From positions 1 to 20,507 of the forward strand of contig JAEOSI010000016.1 in the NCBI GenBank assembly GCA_016840425.1: DNA of 20,507 bases, read 5' to 3'. Position 1 is the stretch's first letter, and each line of letters opens with the position of its first letter. The position numbers were made by a program, and so were the translations under genes. The DNA is from Candidatus Wukongarchaeum yapensis (GTDB taxonomy: Archaea > Asgardarchaeota > Wukongarchaeia > Wukongarchaeales > Wukongarchaeaceae). The notes under the pieces were generated by a model. It saw nothing but the letters and a program-made list of their open reading frames with translations, did not search any database and was not told the DNA's origin. Of this stretch, positions 8,439 through 16,800 are shown one piece after another.

Positions 8439-9610
8439 ATTTTTCCAAACATATGGAGGCTGTTCCTCCTTCTGCGACCCTTAAAACTGCTCAATTAGTA
8501 TTTCAATTAGAACGCCAAGGAATAAAAGTTATAAGGCTTGATGCAGGTCAACCTGACTTTGATACTCCAGAAGTCATAAAGAATGCAGCAATCAAAGCAA
8601 TAAAGGAGGGTTTCACATTCTACACCTCGAGCAGGGGAATTATTGACTTAAGAGAAGCTATTGCGAAACGTTTTGATAAGGAAGATGTCGAAATAGATCC
8701 TGAAAAAAACATAATAGTTACTCCTGGGGCAAAATTTGCCGTTTTATCCAGTCTTTTTGCCACAATTGAGCCTGGAGATCAAGTAATAATACCAACTCCC
8801 AATTGGGTCAGCTACTTCTCCATGATACAGATGGCTGGAGGAATCCAAGTCCCAATAACATCCCCTAATACAAAAATGATTAATGAAGACAAAATATTGG
8901 AAAATTTAAACTATAAAACTAAAATGATCCTTATAGATTACCCTTGTAATCCCACTGGAAATATACTAACCGAAGAAGAACAAAAATTTCTTCACGACAT
9001 AGTACTCGATGAGGATCTATTTTTATTAAGTGACGAAACCTATCGTGAGCTTTACTATACTGAAAAAAAGCCAAAAACCATGCTTTGTTGTGAAGATCTC
9101 CACGATAATTTAATTATTATTGATGGTTTTTCGAAAACTTATTCTATGACTGGATGGCGCTTAGGATATGTCATCGGCTCAAAAAAACTAATAGACCTAG
9201 TAGACAAATTTCAGCAAAACTCAACAACCCATCCCACAAGTTTTGTGCAAAAAGCAGGGATAGTCGCTTTAAATCAAGCCTATGAAGAAGTGGAAAAAAT
9301 GAGAAATATCTTTAAACAAAGACGTGACATGATGATGGAAATCCTTGACAAAATACCTGAAATCGAATGTACGATCCCGAACGGAGCCTTTTACGCTTTC
9401 CCACACATAAAAAACCCAAAAATGGATTCTTCCGCCTTCGCTTATAATCTCCTTAAAACAAAAAAAGTCAGCGTTATTTCTGGAAATCCTTTTGGCCCTG
9501 GAGGAGAACATCACGTGAGACTTTCCTTTGCTACTTCATCAGAGCAAATAAAAGAAGGATTAAAACGTTTAACAGAATTTATAAGTGAAAACCAACAAAA
9601 CGTTAGTTAA
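8432..9610 (+). CDS. PLP-dependent class I/II aminotransferase (aspartate aminotransferase-like; MfnC candidate)
   Basis: GQPDFDTP, YTSSRGIIDLREAIA, PCNPTG, SDETY, DGFSKTYSMTGWRLGY (PLP lysine), GAFY, VRLSFA. ATG at 8432 has GGTG 8 nt upstream; the track uses TTG 8426. Confidence 0.93.
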   Translation: MVYFSKHMEAVPPSATLKTAQLVFQLERQGIKVIRLDAGQPDFDTPEVIKNAAIKAIKEGFTFYTSSRGIIDLREAIAKRFDKEDVEIDPEKNIIVTPGAKFAVLSSLFATIEPGDQVIIPTPNWVSYFSMIQMAGGIQVPITSPNTKMINEDKILENLNYKTKMILIDYPCNPTGNILTEEEQKFLHDIVLDEDLFLLSDETYRELYYTEKKPKTMLCCEDLHDNLIIIDGFSKTYSMTGWRLGYVIGSKKLIDLVDKFQQNSTTHPTSFVQKAGIVALNQAYEEVEKMRNIFKQRRDMMMEILDKIPEIECTIPNGAFYAFPHIKNPKMDSSAFAYNLLKTKKVSVISGNPFGPGGEHHVRLSFATSSEQIKEGLKRLTEFISENQQNVS

Positions 9611-9633
9611 AACGTAGTTAAAGAGGCATAAAT

Positions 9634-10311
9634 TTGAAAAAAAGGGAGCGAAAAGATAAAAAAAATTTACTCAAAAAAGTCTACTTTTTTGAATGTAAAA
9701 GATGTGCTAAATGCTGTTCCTCGGAAAAAATATTAGTTACTTGTACCCATAAAGATCTTCAAAAATTGTACGAATACTTGGGATCTATCGAAAAATTACT
9801 AGAGTTCATAGCTTTTTATCAACCCAAAAATGAAAAACACAGCCTTCTTTTAAAAGAAAAGATGAAAGTACCTGCTTTTAAAACTTTAAGAGGTCTCGCC
9901 TATATAGGCTTGCTAAAAAAACCTAACAGCAGCGAATGTATTTTTTTAAAAGGGAATTCCTGCCTCATCTATCCCATACGCCCTAGAGCATGTGAAAATT
10001 ACCCTCTCACGTTTTCTTTAGATGAAAAAGGGGTCTTAAAGGTAGGTGTCGCAGAAAGCGCAAAACTGCTTAAAAACTCATGTAAAGGGCTATTATCTCC
10101 TGCATCAAAAAGAACGTTCCTTAAAAAAGATGTAGAAAAATTAGGCATTGATACAGTAAGAGAACTACGCAGACTCCACTATCTTGCAAAAATCTGGAAC
10201 GAAATGGTAGACAATGGTATAATAGTGCCCACAGTAAGAAACCTACTCCTATTCCTCTTAGAAAAGGATAACAATTCTTTAATTAGCGCGACAGTTGATG
10301 CAAAAATATAA
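9634..10311 (+). CDS. YkgJ/FliB-family cysteine-cluster (Zn or Fe-S) protein
   Basis: FECKRCAKCC near the N-terminus and CIFLKGNSCLIYPIRPRACENYP...C, the family's Cys pattern. Confidence 0.85.
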   Translation: MKKRERKDKKNLLKKVYFFECKRCAKCCSSEKILVTCTHKDLQKLYEYLGSIEKLLEFIAFYQPKNEKHSLLLKEKMKVPAFKTLRGLAYIGLLKKPNSSECIFLKGNSCLIYPIRPRACENYPLTFSLDEKGVLKVGVAESAKLLKNSCKGLLSPASKRTFLKKDVEKLGIDTVRELRRLHYLAKIWNEMVDNGIIVPTVRNLLLFLLEKDNNSLISATVDAKI

Positions 10312-10365
10312 ACAATTTAGCCCCTTTTCCAATCAAATTCTCAAAAACGTTTGTTAACCCACTTT

Positions 10366-10776
10366 TCAATCTATGAGTGATACTGTTATGTTTGTTCCCA
10401 GTTTTACCTTTTCAAACAATTCTAAACCCTTTGTCACTTTTCCTAAAAGATTAACTGCTCCCGCTGGCTCTATTTTTTTGAAAAAGATACACATAGCATT
10501 GCCTTGTGGCCAAAACGCCACGTCTCCAGTCTCGATCGTTCGAGTAGGTTTTTCTAAACCTATAGATACTGGAAGAGTGAAATAAACTTGCGCCTGCAGG
10601 TAGATGAGGGCGCGTACCCGAACAGGCAAAACTCTTATAATGGTTTCAATGGTACGGGGTGCTTTATGCCGAACAAGCTCGGCTTCCGCCTCCCCTCCTT
10701 CATATATCTCAAAAGCTATTCTATGTATATTCACACTCTCTTGGAGATCAAGATCCTCGTTTTCTATTTTTTTCAA
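10366..10776 (-). CDS. Cyclophilin-like fold protein (DUF369/UPF0288-like)
   Basis: APRT...LP...GDVAFWPQGNAMCIFF...VNLLGKV, typical of archaeal cyclophilin-like proteins. The start is uncertain. Confidence 0.78.
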   Translation of the reverse strand: MKKIENEDLDLQESVNIHRIAFEIYEGGEAEAELVRHKAPRTIETIIRVLPVRVRALIYLQAQVYFTLPVSIGLEKPTRTIETGDVAFWPQGNAMCIFFKKIEPAGAVNLLGKVTKGLELFEKVKLGTNITVSLID

Positions 10777-11039
10777 TTTAAACCACGTCCCAAATCTCTT
10801 TAATACTGGGAATTATCCTACAAATTGCGCCTTTACTAAACTCGGAGTGTGTAGGGAATAGGGTGTAGTTCTTAATATAAAAATATAAGTCTGATACTTC
10901 TTTGCTCCCTAAAAAACTTACTATCCCTCACTTCTTAAATACACAAGATATAAAAATTTAAAAATTATGAGTTTTTAGCCAGTAGAACATTTGTTAATAA
11001 TTTAAAAATGTGTTGTAAGAGATTAAAAATCAAAACATT

Positions 11040-11053
11040 GAAAAAGTTATATG
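11040..11053 (+). promoter_or_regulatory. BRE/TATA promoter candidate for rps17e-mfnB
   Basis: GAAAAAG-TTATATG, a purine-rich BRE followed by a TATA-like box. GAGGT RBS at 11135-11139. Confidence 0.45.
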
Positions 11054-11148
11054 ACAATTACATAAAATTAGCGTTCCATTTATGTTTATAATGACGCAAT
11101 TATCCAGTTTTTGATAAGAACTGTGTTTATTTCAGAGGTAAGATGATT

Positions 11149-11412
11149 ATGGGTAAAGTAAGATTAAGCTACATCAAAGCCACTGCTCGTGAGCTAGTCA
11201 ACATGCATTCTGACAGATTCAGTATAAATTTTGATGAAAACAAGGCTCCTGTAATGGAGCTTACTGATATTAATAGTAAGCATGTCCGTAATCGCGTTAC
11301 TGGATATGTCACGCGACTTATGCGCCGTGCTAGGGAAGAAATTGAACGGGATAGGGTTCAGGTAGAGGCTGAAGAAAAAGCAGCCTATGAATCACAAATA
11401 GACGAAGAATAA
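11149..11412 (+). CDS. rps17e: Ribosomal protein S17e (eS17) with acidic C-terminal tail
   Basis: MGKVR...IKATAREL.....F..NFDENK..V.....I.SKHVRNRVTGYVTR. ATG at 11149 has the better RBS spacing. Confidence 0.95.
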   Translation: MGKVRLSYIKATARELVNMHSDRFSINFDENKAPVMELTDINSKHVRNRVTGYVTRLMRRAREEIERDRVQVEAEEKAAYESQIDEE

Positions 11413-11433
11413 AGAACTATGTGGCGTGGTTGA

Positions 11434-12174
11434 ATGAAGCTTCTTGCGTCAGTTGTCAACGTAGAAGAAGCTAAAGCTGCAATAATCGGTGGAGCTCATA
11501 TAATTGATGTTAAAAATCCGGATGAAGGATCATTAGGCGCAAACTTTCCCCAAGTCATACGTGAAATTTTCTCGCTAAAAATGGTTTTCAAGAACGGTTT
11601 TGAGGTTAGCGCTGCTGTAGGTGACGCTCCGAATTTGCCAGGCACTATCTCTTTAGCTTGTGTGGGTGCTGCTGTTGCAGGAGCTGATTATGTTAAAGTA
11701 GGTTTGTTTGGGGTCAAAAATGAAAAAGAAGCAATTTACATGATGAAGCAAGCAAAAAAAAGCTTAAACGAGTTAGGCTTCTCCTCTAAACTAGTTGTTG
11801 CAGGCTACGCAGATGCAGCACATATCGGCGCGGTACCTCCCCTATCAATTCCAGAAGTAGGGCGTTTCTCTGACTGTGAAGTCGTAATGCTTGATACAAT
11901 TCAAAAAAATAAAGGCGGTCTTTTCGACTTTATTTCTTTAAATGAACTAAGGTTTTTCGTAGATCGAGCCCGTTCTTACGGTCTAAAGGTAGCCTTAGCA
12001 GGCTCTTTAAAAGCAGAAGACATTTCAAAACTGTATGACCTTTCCGTAGACATCGTTGGGGTTAGAGGTGCTCTTTGTGAAAAAGGGCTTAGAACTGCAA
12101 AATTAAAACCAGAAAAAGTCCAAGAACTCGCATCATTAATAAACCCAAAACACCCTTTACCCACCATTAAATGA
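11434..12174 (+). CDS. mfnB: (5-formylfuran-3-yl)methyl phosphate synthase (4-HFC-P synthase), methanofuran biosynthesis
   Basis: MKLLASV.N.EEA....GGA.IIDVKNPDEGSLGANFP (D25/K27), VSAAVGD, DYVKVG, VMLDT..K, ALAGSL, GVRGALC. Confidence 0.93.
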   Translation: MKLLASVVNVEEAKAAIIGGAHIIDVKNPDEGSLGANFPQVIREIFSLKMVFKNGFEVSAAVGDAPNLPGTISLACVGAAVAGADYVKVGLFGVKNEKEAIYMMKQAKKSLNELGFSSKLVVAGYADAAHIGAVPPLSIPEVGRFSDCEVVMLDTIQKNKGGLFDFISLNELRFFVDRARSYGLKVALAGSLKAEDISKLYDLSVDIVGVRGALCEKGLRTAKLKPEKVQELASLINPKHPLPTIK

Positions 12175-12189
12175 CAACTTACTTTTTAT

Positions 12190-12837
12190 TTAGGGGACTA
12201 TTTTTGTTCCAACAGTTTCTCCTTCAGATACTAATTTTTCTAACCTTTTAGGATATCTTCCATTAACTATCCAACATTCAAGCTGATATTCTTTAATTAA
12301 AATGGGCAACATTTCATCCACACATGATCCCCCTACGCCCGAAAGTTTTTCGCTTCGTATCTCCTTGTAGACATTGCCTTCAGTACCAATTATGCCGTCG
12401 ACATCTTTTACTAACACTAATAAATCTGCTCCCACTTGATGGGCAACATATGCTGCAATAGAATCACTTGTAGTCCGCCAAGAATGTTCTAAGGGATCTC
12501 TTTCTTTCATCAGATTAAAGGGCGCAAAAATTAACGCTTTCTCTCTAAAAGAAAACTCTTCTAAAGAGTATATGATTTTTGATCCTTTAAACATGTCCTT
12601 AAGTAGAAACGCATAAGTGTCCATGGCAAGTATAGCCATCCAATGTGCTGTATCATCTGAAAATTTAATCTTTTTTTGGAGATCCCAAACAGTGTTTGCA
12701 AAAATCCCTCCTCCAGGTACTACTAAAATTTTAGTGGTTTCTGATATTTTTGATAAAGTTTTACAAAAACTTTTAAGTTCTTCCAAATAGTTTAGAAGAC
12801 TTCCTCCTATCTTTAAAACAATAAGTCTTTTTCTCAT
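12190..12837 (-). CDS. mfnE: [5-(aminomethyl)furan-3-yl]methyl phosphate kinase (amino-acid-kinase family)
   Basis: VLKIGGSL, VVPGGGIFA, AHWMAILAMD, HSWRTTSDSIA, KDVDGI, CVD..LP. It starts 5 nt after the mfnF stop and is convergent with mfnB. ATG 12837 is preferred over the track's start at 12900. Confidence 0.87.
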   Translation of the reverse strand: MRKRLIVLKIGGSLLNYLEELKSFCKTLSKISETTKILVVPGGGIFANTVWDLQKKIKFSDDTAHWMAILAMDTYAFLLKDMFKGSKIIYSLEEFSFREKALIFAPFNLMKERDPLEHSWRTTSDSIAAYVAHQVGADLLVLVKDVDGIIGTEGNVYKEIRSEKLSGVGGSCVDEMLPILIKEYQLECWIVNGRYPKRLEKLVSEGETVGTKIVP

Positions 12838-12842
12838 GTCTC

Positions 12843-13940
12843 TCAACTTTCTGCCTTCTTTATCCTCTTTATCTTTTTTAGTAGTTCTCCAACCATGCAA
12901 GCCGCTGCTACACTAGTAGAAACCACATTTGTCTCTTTTTTGATAAAGTTAGAGAAATCATATAGCTCGTTTAAACCAAGGCATTTAGCCGCTTCTTTAC
13001 CCAAAAATTCCCCCCCAAACCCCGTAAAAACTATTTTAGGGGAAACTCCCAAAATATCTTTATTTTCTTCTATCACTTGCTCTAATCCTTCAACGATTTG
13101 TTGAAGTTGTTTTTCATAAATAAAATGCGCTATGTTAACTATCTGATCCCTACTTAGCATCTCTTTATCTGCACAAACAACCCGTGCAATTCTTGTAAGA
13201 GCAGAATTAAAACTCGGTTTTTTTCCATCAGGAGTATCAACGTTATAATCTCCAACTTCTATATTTTCAAGCACAAGGTGTATATCCCCTGTAATCGCAA
13301 AAAGCTCTGAAGACACCCTACACTTCCCCCAAGACGTAGGTACTTTTTGAACAATTGAAGCAACATTAGTCCTCAAAACCCCTGTATAAATAAGCTCCCC
13401 TCGCACTAATCTTTCAGGATCAGTTCTACCCTTAGTAAACGGCTTACTTTCAACTATTGGTACTATATCTGTAGTCGTACTACCCACATCAATCATTATG
13501 CAGTTTGGAAAACGGCTTCCTATCAAAAAAGCCGTGCCTATCCAATTAGTAGCAGCTCCTTTAAGAGGATACTTTAAAAGCTCTTTTAGGGAAACCATTT
13601 TTCCATCAACTGTAAGGAAAAACACCTTCTCCTTTCCAAAGACTTCACAAACTCTCCTAGCAATCTGTAAAACTCCTTCCCTTTTTGTTTGAAAGCAATC
13701 AGCAAGCTCTGCAGTCAAAGTCACTCCTAAACCTTCCCATTCTTCCTTTAGCTCGATCCCTTTCCGAATGTTTTCCAAAAAATCTCTAAATAATAGCTTC
13801 TTGACCCAAAAAGGAAAATACCAGGATCCACTATAAAAAACATCAAAATCCTGCCATTCATTAAAACTAACAAATGACATTTTAACGTTCGCTCCCCCAA
13901 TATCCAATCCTAAAACCCTAATAGCACCCAAAAACCTCAC
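12843..13940 (-). CDS. mfnF: MfnF (H4MPT-linked C1 transfer pathway protein, hydantoinase/oxoprolinase fold), F1-PP:gamma-glutamyltyramine coupling enzyme
   Basis: GLDIGGANVK, TAELADCF.TK.EGV, DVGSTTTDIVP, ELIYTGVLRT, SSELFAITGD, TPDG, RIARVVCAD. Confidence 0.9.
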   Translation of the reverse strand: MRFLGAIRVLGLDIGGANVKMSFVSFNEWQDFDVFYSGSWYFPFWVKKLLFRDFLENIRKGIELKEEWEGLGVTLTAELADCFQTKREGVLQIARRVCEVFGKEKVFFLTVDGKMVSLKELLKYPLKGAATNWIGTAFLIGSRFPNCIMIDVGSTTTDIVPIVESKPFTKGRTDPERLVRGELIYTGVLRTNVASIVQKVPTSWGKCRVSSELFAITGDIHLVLENIEVGDYNVDTPDGKKPSFNSALTRIARVVCADKEMLSRDQIVNIAHFIYEKQLQQIVEGLEQVIEENKDILGVSPKIVFTGFGGEFLGKEAAKCLGLNELYDFSNFIKKETNVVSTSVAAACMVGELLKKIKRIKKAES

Positions 13941-14029
13941 CTATAAAAACAAAACCCTCGTAACCCTTAAAAAAATAAAATATCAAAATACTAACACCGA
14001 TCATATTTTAAAATTGTGTGTGAATTTTC

Positions 14030-14563
14030 GTGGCTAGGAGAAAAGGTTTCGCGGTTTGGATTACGGGCATACCTGGCTCGGGAAAATCCACCATCGCAAA
14101 AGTTTTAAAGAACGAGCTTTTACGAAGGAAAATTCATCTTCAAATCCTTGATTCAGATTCACTTCGTAAAATTATAACTCCTAAACCTGAATACACTGAA
14201 AGAGAAAGAGATTATTTTTATAATGTAATGGCTTGGATAGGGAAACTTCTGGTAGATAACCGTATAAATGTGGTTTTTGCAGCCACAGCCCATAAAAGGG
14301 CTTATAGGGATAAAGCAAGAAAATGGATAAAGAAATTTCTTGAGGTATATTGTGATTGCCCCCTTGAAGTATGCATGAAACGTGACCCTAAAAACCTATA
14401 TAAAATGGCTTTAAAAGGAAAAATAAGCGACCTGCCAGGTCTCCAAACACCTTTCGAAGAACCTAGAAAATACCACATAAGAATTGAAACCCACAAATTA
14501 ACCCTTGGAAAAAATGTCTCAATAATAATCAAAGAACTAAAACGTTTAAAATACATTTACTAG
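14030..14563 (+). CDS. cysC: Adenylyl-sulfate (APS) kinase-like P-loop kinase
   Basis: WITGIPGSGKST, LDSD.LR, EVYCDCPLEVCMKRDPKNLY, PGLQTPFEEP. Some APS-site motifs deviate (ISP reads ATA, FTG reads LPG). Confidence 0.75.
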   Translation: MARRKGFAVWITGIPGSGKSTIAKVLKNELLRRKIHLQILDSDSLRKIITPKPEYTERERDYFYNVMAWIGKLLVDNRINVVFAATAHKRAYRDKARKWIKKFLEVYCDCPLEVCMKRDPKNLYKMALKGKISDLPGLQTPFEEPRKYHIRIETHKLTLGKNVSIIIKELKRLKYIY

Positions 14564-14617
14564 AAATACATTATACTACAATCATTTACATGTAAATATA
14601 CCCTGAAAGTGTTTTTA

Positions 14618-16540
14618 ATGAGCCAAAATGAAAATCAAAATGCCTCAAATTCCCAAGAGGAAAAAAGCCCCTCTTTGTCTTTAAAATTGGTAACAGAGTT
14701 AGCTAAAGATAAGGATTCAGATGTCCGTGCCACAGCTATCAACGTATTAGGCCGACTTTTAAGGATTCACACTACACTGTTAGCTGCCGGTGAATCAATC
14801 CTATTTGAAGCGATAAAAGATAAGACAGAAGTAGTGCGAAGAAATGCAGTTTATGCCCTTGCTGGGCTTATCATACTGAGGCCAGAATTGGGTGAAACTG
14901 CCCTTGAAACGCTTTTGGAAATTACTTTAAAAGATGATAATGAAAAGGTTAGAATAGTGGCAGTAGACTCAATAATCGAGGTAATAAAACAGAGTGATAA
15001 AGGTCAGGAAATTTTTGAAAAAGTTATCCAAGAACTTAGAAAAACTGGTGAAGAAAAACGTGAAAAAATACGTCAAAACAATTTTTATGCGATTCTTGAA
15101 ATAGCAAAAATAAAAAAAGAAGGTCTGAAGCCTGTATTGCTACCTTTCCTCCAAAAAGCAGTCACAGATAAAAGCCCAAAAATTAGAAACATAGGACTTT
15201 ATGCGATCATAGAGGAAATAAAAGAAAGACCCCAGCTTATTAAAGAAAAACTTTTATCACAAATCTTTGACATTGCGGTAAATGATAACGACCCATGGGC
15301 AAAAAGTAACGCATTATACGCTATTAGAAAACTTACAATCAATTATCCAGAGTTAGTGGAAAACACCTTAAAACCCGCTTTAAAAACTCTCATAAGTTCA
15401 AAAGAAAAAAACAATAAAGTCCGGCAATCAATCATAAACGCTATAAGCGAGCTTCCAACAATAAGTCCTGCGTCGATTAATCCTGTTTTTTTAGACTATA
15501 TCGGAGAAAACTTAAATGATAAAAACTCAGAAATTCGAAAAACTGCATACAACGCCGCAAAAGAACTAATTTGTGCAAAAATTAATAACGCGAAAACACA
15601 ATTTTTACCAATTCTTTTCCAAGCCTTAGAGGCGAGAGAGCCAGATCAAAAAGCAAGAATTGAAGTTTTAAATGTCCTTACAGAAATAACAAAAGAGGAA
15701 ACAGATGTTAAAGAAAAGCTTCTTTCAATACTAAAAAAGCAAGCGCTAAAAGGGAAAGCAAGCACAATAAAAACAGACGCAGTATATGCTCTCGTAAAAC
15801 TTAGCCTCATCGATTCATGGTTAATCGAAAACTTTATTCTTCCAATACTTTTAGCCCATATTAACAAAGATGAAGACGAAGAAGTAAGAGCAAAGTCTGT
15901 CAAAATAATAGTTGAACTCGCAAAAAATAGGCCAGAAATAATAGAACAGACCCTTTTACCTCTTGCCACGCAACAAGCCACAAAAGATCCAAGCTCTGAA
16001 GTACGTAAAGCCGCTATAGAAACCATCGGTGACCTAATAAAAATCTCTCCTTCCCTATCTAAACTAAAACTTTTACACGCTATTCTTGTACAGGCAATGG
16101 GTGACGGAGAAGAACAAGTGCGAGAAAGCGCTTATAAGTCCTTAAAAGAATATTTAAAAGCCAATCCTTCCCTCGTAAAATCTACCCTATCCCTCTTCGA
16201 GACCACCTTGAAAGAAGAATCAGTGCTCTCCGTCAGAATTAGCGCTCTTAATGCCTTTATCGCCCTTATAAAATCAAAAGCCCTTCCTGCAGACATGATA
16301 GAACCCTCCCTTATCGAAATAATAAAATTAAAAGCCAAAAAAGAAAAAAATGAAAATGAAAAAGCCCACGCAATTAAAGCCATAGGAACAATTATTCCCC
16401 TTGTTACAATAGTTGAAAAACAAGACCTTACCTCTCTTTTAATAGAAAAAATACAAGATAAAAGCAGTCTAATACGAAAAACAACCCTACTCGAACTAAT
16501 AAAACTAATAACCCCCTCCTACAAAACAAAACATTATTAA
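14618..16540 (+). CDS. HEAT-repeat alpha-solenoid protein (16 repeats, no other domain recognised)
   Basis: A (K/N)D.....(V/I)R..A motif recurs 16 times at ~37-41 aa spacing (KDKDSDVRATA, KDKTEVVRRNA, KDDNEKVRIVA, TDKSPKIR, NDKNSEIRKTA, KDEDEEVR, KDPSSEVRKAA, GDGEEQVRESA, QDKSSLIR etc.). Start is ATG 14618 or GTG 14609. Confidence 0.88.
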   Translation: MSQNENQNASNSQEEKSPSLSLKLVTELAKDKDSDVRATAINVLGRLLRIHTTLLAAGESILFEAIKDKTEVVRRNAVYALAGLIILRPELGETALETLLEITLKDDNEKVRIVAVDSIIEVIKQSDKGQEIFEKVIQELRKTGEEKREKIRQNNFYAILEIAKIKKEGLKPVLLPFLQKAVTDKSPKIRNIGLYAIIEEIKERPQLIKEKLLSQIFDIAVNDNDPWAKSNALYAIRKLTINYPELVENTLKPALKTLISSKEKNNKVRQSIINAISELPTISPASINPVFLDYIGENLNDKNSEIRKTAYNAAKELICAKINNAKTQFLPILFQALEAREPDQKARIEVLNVLTEITKEETDVKEKLLSILKKQALKGKASTIKTDAVYALVKLSLIDSWLIENFILPILLAHINKDEDEEVRAKSVKIIVELAKNRPEIIEQTLLPLATQQATKDPSSEVRKAAIETIGDLIKISPSLSKLKLLHAILVQAMGDGEEQVRESAYKSLKEYLKANPSLVKSTLSLFETTLKEESVLSVRISALNAFIALIKSKALPADMIEPSLIEIIKLKAKKEKNENEKAHAIKAIGTIIPLVTIVEKQDLTSLLIEKIQDKSSLIRKTTLLELIKLITPSYKTKHY

Positions 16541-16627
16541 ACAAAACTTCGCTCTCTTAAAAAGAGAAAGCAAAAGATACTTAAAAACAAGTCTTAAAGA
16601 AGTCTTCTTGCTCCGCGCATGATCGTC

Positions 16628-16645
16628 TTTTGTTTTTTAATTTTT
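16628..16645 (+). terminator. Oligo-T terminator candidate after the HEAT gene
   Basis: TTTTGTTTTTTAATTTTT. Confidence 0.45.
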
Positions 16646-16800
16646 AACAAGAAAAATTAAAATTACGCTCCAATACATATCAAAAAATTAATAAACTTGT
16701 TTAAAAAATCTTGATCTTTGACTAAAATATTTTAACCTAAAAAATTATGTTCTAAATACTCTAAAAATTTCTTTTAAAAAGTTACAGGAGTGCACAGAAA

